Part shown: positions 60,030 through 64,000 of the stretch, piece by piece
Layout of the letters: each line of letters starts with the position of its first letter
Numbering within the stretch: position 1 is the stretch's first letter
NCBI GenBank assembly: GCA_030324005.1
Contig: JARDVH010000133.1
Coordinates: forward strand, 23,209,825 to 23,273,824
Source: Negaprion brevirostris
Taxonomy: Eukaryota
Reading direction: 5' to 3'
DNA length: 64,000 bases
Translations under genes and position numbers: made by a program
The notes under the pieces: model-generated
What the model was told of the DNA's origin: nothing
What the model saw: the letters and a program-made list of their open reading frames with translations, nothing else
Databases searched by the model: none

Positions 60030-61939
60030 TGAATTCAGCAGTTGTGAAAGATTAACGCTCGTCCTGGGACACTCAGCCATTAGAAAAAGACAGCTCCTGG
60101 TGTTCCAAGCACTAACTGTGTGGATCTCTTCAAGTAAATTGGGTTTTTTTTGAACTGGCAATTGGTTCGTAACCCTTTATAATTCCTGCTATCCCCGTGC
60201 AACAGGCCAAGAATCCACCCAGAGGCTGTGGCAGTTATTCGCATGAGATTAGACAGTAAGTGTTGATAGGTTTGTTGAGACTGATTTCCAAATATCCGAA
60301 TGGTTTTTCTTTAGCTCAGGCCATTGGATAATAATCAATATCAGTTGCTTCATCCTCGTTGGTGAGATCACTGTTTTGAAATCATGAGGATAATCCCAAA
60401 GAACTTTTTTTTTGTCGGGAGTCATAATGACAATATCCTGAGTCCTGCATTTTTTATGGATAAGCAAAATCCAGGTGACACTGTGCCCACCACGCCCCAA
60501 CCAAAATTCTGCTCCTTGCAACAAGGCAGGAAAATGAAAATACCAGAAAGAAAAGTGAGAGTGGAGTGTGTGAAACAGAAATGCAGAATAAAACGAGTGA
60601 AAGTGAATTACAATGTGCGAAACTGATTTGTGCATGCACGTGTATGAGAGAGACAGAAAAAGGTGAAAGAAGTGGGGGTTTTTTCTACAAACTTGAACGC
60701 TGTCAGTATGGGTTGTTAGTGAGGCTTGGTCAGCCGTGCCCACAAAAGGATTTGAGCACCACGTGAGATAGTTGGGTTCAAATTTATTTATCAGGATTGA
60801 CAATTGGCTTCAGCCAATATTGCAGAAAGAGCACTTGTTGTGTGGTTGGGGAATGCATTGGAGTGGACCTCCAGTGTCACTCCCAGCATTATCTTAGTGC
60901 TTGATCTTTTACCCTCTTTCATCCCCATCCCAGGGATGCTGAGGGCACTGATGTCCCAGCTGAGATCAGTTTGTTCAGTCTTATAACACAATTGTCACAA
61001 TAGATACATGTCACTGCTGGGTCTTCTGTGAAGTATTCTGTTAATATGCTATCACTTTTGAAAGGTATGGCATCATACTTCGTGCCATATTCTCAAATCT
61101 TTGACAGAATTTTACCAGGTTTCAGAATGCATGTAACATTTTCTATCATTGAAATATATAAATAAACATTGTTATTGAAACACTTCCCCCGGCGTGGTCT
61201 CCTTTTACTTATCAGCCGGTGGTGAATACAACTTTAGGAAGCTGTTCATCTAATATGCAGACATCATGGTCAGCTCGTGGGCCGTACAACCATGACTTTA
61301 GTGTTTATGTTGGCAACTTCAGTGTTTACTTATCCCAGTGAGTTATTTTTAATTAGATCAGATATATGCAGGTGGTAGAATATTTTCAAATGCTTATGGT
61401 AGGAAGTGCACATTTTGCAGACTTGAGAGGTTGTTGTAACTATAAATGCTACATTCTTGAAAATTTGTCTTCAGTTTCAGTCTGTTAGTTTCAAAAGTAA
61501 TGATGTGTGTTCCACATTGGCCCTCTTGATGTAGCTGTTAATTTATTTGTGTAATTATATTTTGAAATTGAGCGTGCTGCTTGGATATATATTCCACAGT
61601 ATTTGGCTTTCCCTTATTGGATCCATTGCAGGTTCTAATCTGTGCATAAATGTGTTGGCTTTAAACTGACCTAACACAGAACTCCCAAGTGAAGTGCAAA
61701 TATACTTTAGATAATCTTCCAAACAAGTTAGTATTGTACAGCCAATCATCATTAAAAGTTCATAAAAGAACTTTTAGTTTCTATCTGCTCCAGTTGTAAA
61801 TGATGGTGGCTGTTGGAATTTGTGTAGATCCTGATACAACTTGCTATGTCACGTTGTAAGCAACCAAAAAGGGTTGGATCATTTGCAATCCTGCTTCACA
61901 CTAAGGACCATGCAGACGCTATGATAATGGGGGAATGAA

Positions 61940-62490
61940 CACCACTCAACAATCACCAGACAAGAGTGCTCTCTTCCTGTAGGGAAACACTTAAGCAGCC
62001 ACGGGCATTTGGCTTCTGACCTTCAGGTAAGCATTCTCCAAGGCAGCCTTCACGACAATGCAGAGTTGCTGAGCAGAGACTAATAGCCAAGTTCCGCACA
62101 CATGAGGACGGCCTCAACTGGAATCTTGGATTCATGTCACACTATCTGTAACCCCCACGACTTGCCTGGGCTTGCAAAATCTCACCATCTGTCCTGGCTG
62201 GAGACAATACATATCTCTTTAACCTGTGCTTAACCCTCTCTCCACTCGCATTGTTTGTACCTTTAAGACTTGATTACCTGTAAAGACTTGAATTCCAACC
62301 ATTATTTTGTATATTGAGTTTGTGTCTTTATATGCCATGTTTGTGAACAGAACTCCCACTCAACTGATGAAGGAGCAGCGCTCGAAAGCTAGTGGCTTTT
62401 GCTACCAAATAAACCTGTTGGACTTTAACCTGGTGTTGTGAGACTTCTTACGCTGTTTACCCAAGTTGAATGCTGGCATCTTCACATCAC
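61940..62490 (+). mobile_element. Penelope-like element: GIY-YIG C-terminus plus pseudo-LTR with a hammerhead core
   Basis: HSTITRQECSLPVGKHLSSHGH..SDLQVSILQG...RVAEQRLIAKFRTHEDGLN.NLGFMSHYL*; CTGATGA at 62364. Confidence 0.85.
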
Positions 62491-62621
62491 TATTGAAACA
62501 TCCATATGTATGGTGGTTTATTTGACTGTTAATGATCGATAATTTCCCTCTTAAAAGTGCACAAGCTAAGGTATAATTCTATGGGAATGGACAGGCTCTG
62601 GTTTTTAAAAAAAATTTCATT

Positions 62622-62960
62622 AAGTATTTATTAGTGTCACAAATCGGCTTACATTGACACTGAAATGAAAATACCATAGTCGCTAATCTTCAGTGCCTGT
62701 TAGGTTACACTGAGGGAGAATTTAGCATAGNNNNNNNNNNNNNNNNNNNNNNNNNNNNNNNNNNNNNNNNNNNNNNNNNNNNNNNNNNNNNNNNNNNNNN
62801 NNNNNNNNNNNNNNNNNNNNNNNNNNNNNNTAGAGGGATTAGCGGGTAAATGTATTGGGGTTTTGGGGGTAGGGTCTGGGTGGGATTGTGGTCGGTGCAG
62901 ACTCGATGGGCCAAATGACCACCTTCTGCACTGTAGGGATTCTATGGTGATTCTATGTTT
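62622..62960. mobile_element. SINE tails on either side of a gap (type B minus, 62622-62730; type A plus, 62831-62960)
   Basis: Match to the two tail types. Confidence 0.75.
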
Positions 62961-63424
62961 CTAGTTGATAAAGTACATTTGGCCCAAAAGCTGTGTTTTT
63001 GTGCAGTTAATTCTATGTTTCAGGTGAATTTGGTTCAGACCCTGGAGTGGGGCTTTAACCGATGTCTTTGTATAACAGCGGCGAGAGTTTCTAGTTCACC
63101 AAGCTGACACACACACAACCAAACATTTTAGTTTTTTTGTACCTTTTGGGACTTTAGTCCGAATCAAAAAGCCAATTAACCCAGAGTCCCCACATGAGGG
63201 ACAAACCAGATCCCAGCTGACAATTCCAGGACGCACATCCCATCTTGGGCTTGATCAAACAGGATCCTAGCTGACAGGATGAGGCATTGCACCCCCTGCC
63301 AGGCTTGATCGGAGCTTCATCTTAGCCAAGATGGTTTTGAGATCGCACCAGGTGAAGCCTCAGTTTAACCTCATAGGCTACCTTGGGTGCTTACACTTGA
63401 TCTGAACCAAAAGACCAACATTCT

Positions 63425-63545
63425 AGGTGTGATTTGATTTTTTTTACTGTCACATGTATTGGGATACAGTGAACACTGTCTCTTGCGGGCTACACAGACA
63501 AAACATACTATTCATAGAGTACATAAGCAAGAAGGTGTGGAATAT
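63425..63545 (-). mobile_element. Rex1/Babar extreme 3' end
   Basis: TGATTTGATT..TTACTGTCACATGTATTGGGATACAGTGAA. Confidence 0.7.
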
Positions 63546-63557
63546 CATGTTAGTCTT

Positions 63558-63850
63558 TAATTTTATTTATTAGTAAAAGTAGGCTGACATTAACACTGCA
63601 ATGAAGTTACTGTGGAAAATCCTCTAGTCGCCAGACTCTGGTGCCTGTTCGGGTACACTGAGGGAGAATTTAGCATAGCCAATGCACCTAACCAGTATGT
63701 CTTTCGAACTGAAAGGAAACCAGAGCACTGGAGAAAACCCACATAGACATGGGGAGAGTGTGTAAATTCTTCACAGACTGTAATCCAAGCCAGCAATCAA
63801 TCCTAGGTTCCTGGTGCTGTGAGGCAGTAGTGTTAACCACTGTGCCACAA
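63558..63850 (-). mobile_element. V-SINE, tail type B
   Basis: Complete copy. Confidence 0.88.
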
Positions 63851-64000
63851 TGGTATATAGGATTTCAATAAAAAATAATAGACAAACTAAGAGAAGTGTG
63901 TGAATTCAACATTAAATCAATTCCTGCTTTGTGCTGAGTTAGCTGTAGCTAAGATTAGTTTATGATCATGGACCAGAAAAGGGCAAAATGTGTTAATATA

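Noticed and set aside
58943-60803. 179-aa and 184-aa minus-strand ORFs upstream of SETD1B
   Set aside because: Composition is not protein-like; no family motif or consistent splice signals

Overview
AT-rich vertebrate genomic DNA from a gapped draft assembly. The repeat content (HE1/V-SINE-type SINEs, CR1, Penelope-like, Rex1/Babar, L2, RTE and Deu-domain SINEs) points to a shark or other elasmobranch. The only cellular gene I can support is the 5' part of SETD1B (H3K4 methyltransferase KMT2G) on the minus strand. It has a CpG-rich promoter near 57 kb, a probable non-coding exon 1 and six coding exons (56537-56465, 56215-56061, 55843-55745, 55549-55279, 54778-54657, 46117-44912). These splice via GT-AG introns into one open frame of 642 codons covering the N-terminus, the RRM and a Ser/Pro-rich region. 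No further SETD1B exon is visible in 1-44911, so this appears to be a >44.9 kb intron filled with retroelements. The most notable non-genic signals are fold-back Penelope-like termini carrying hammerhead-ribozyme cores, one SINE body with two alternative 3' tails, a pair of RFX X-boxes deep in the intron, and uORFs plus alternative starts in the SETD1B leader. I did not find a clearly new biological system. Repeat boundaries are approximate, and family and protein assignments come from recalled consensus sequences, not a database search.
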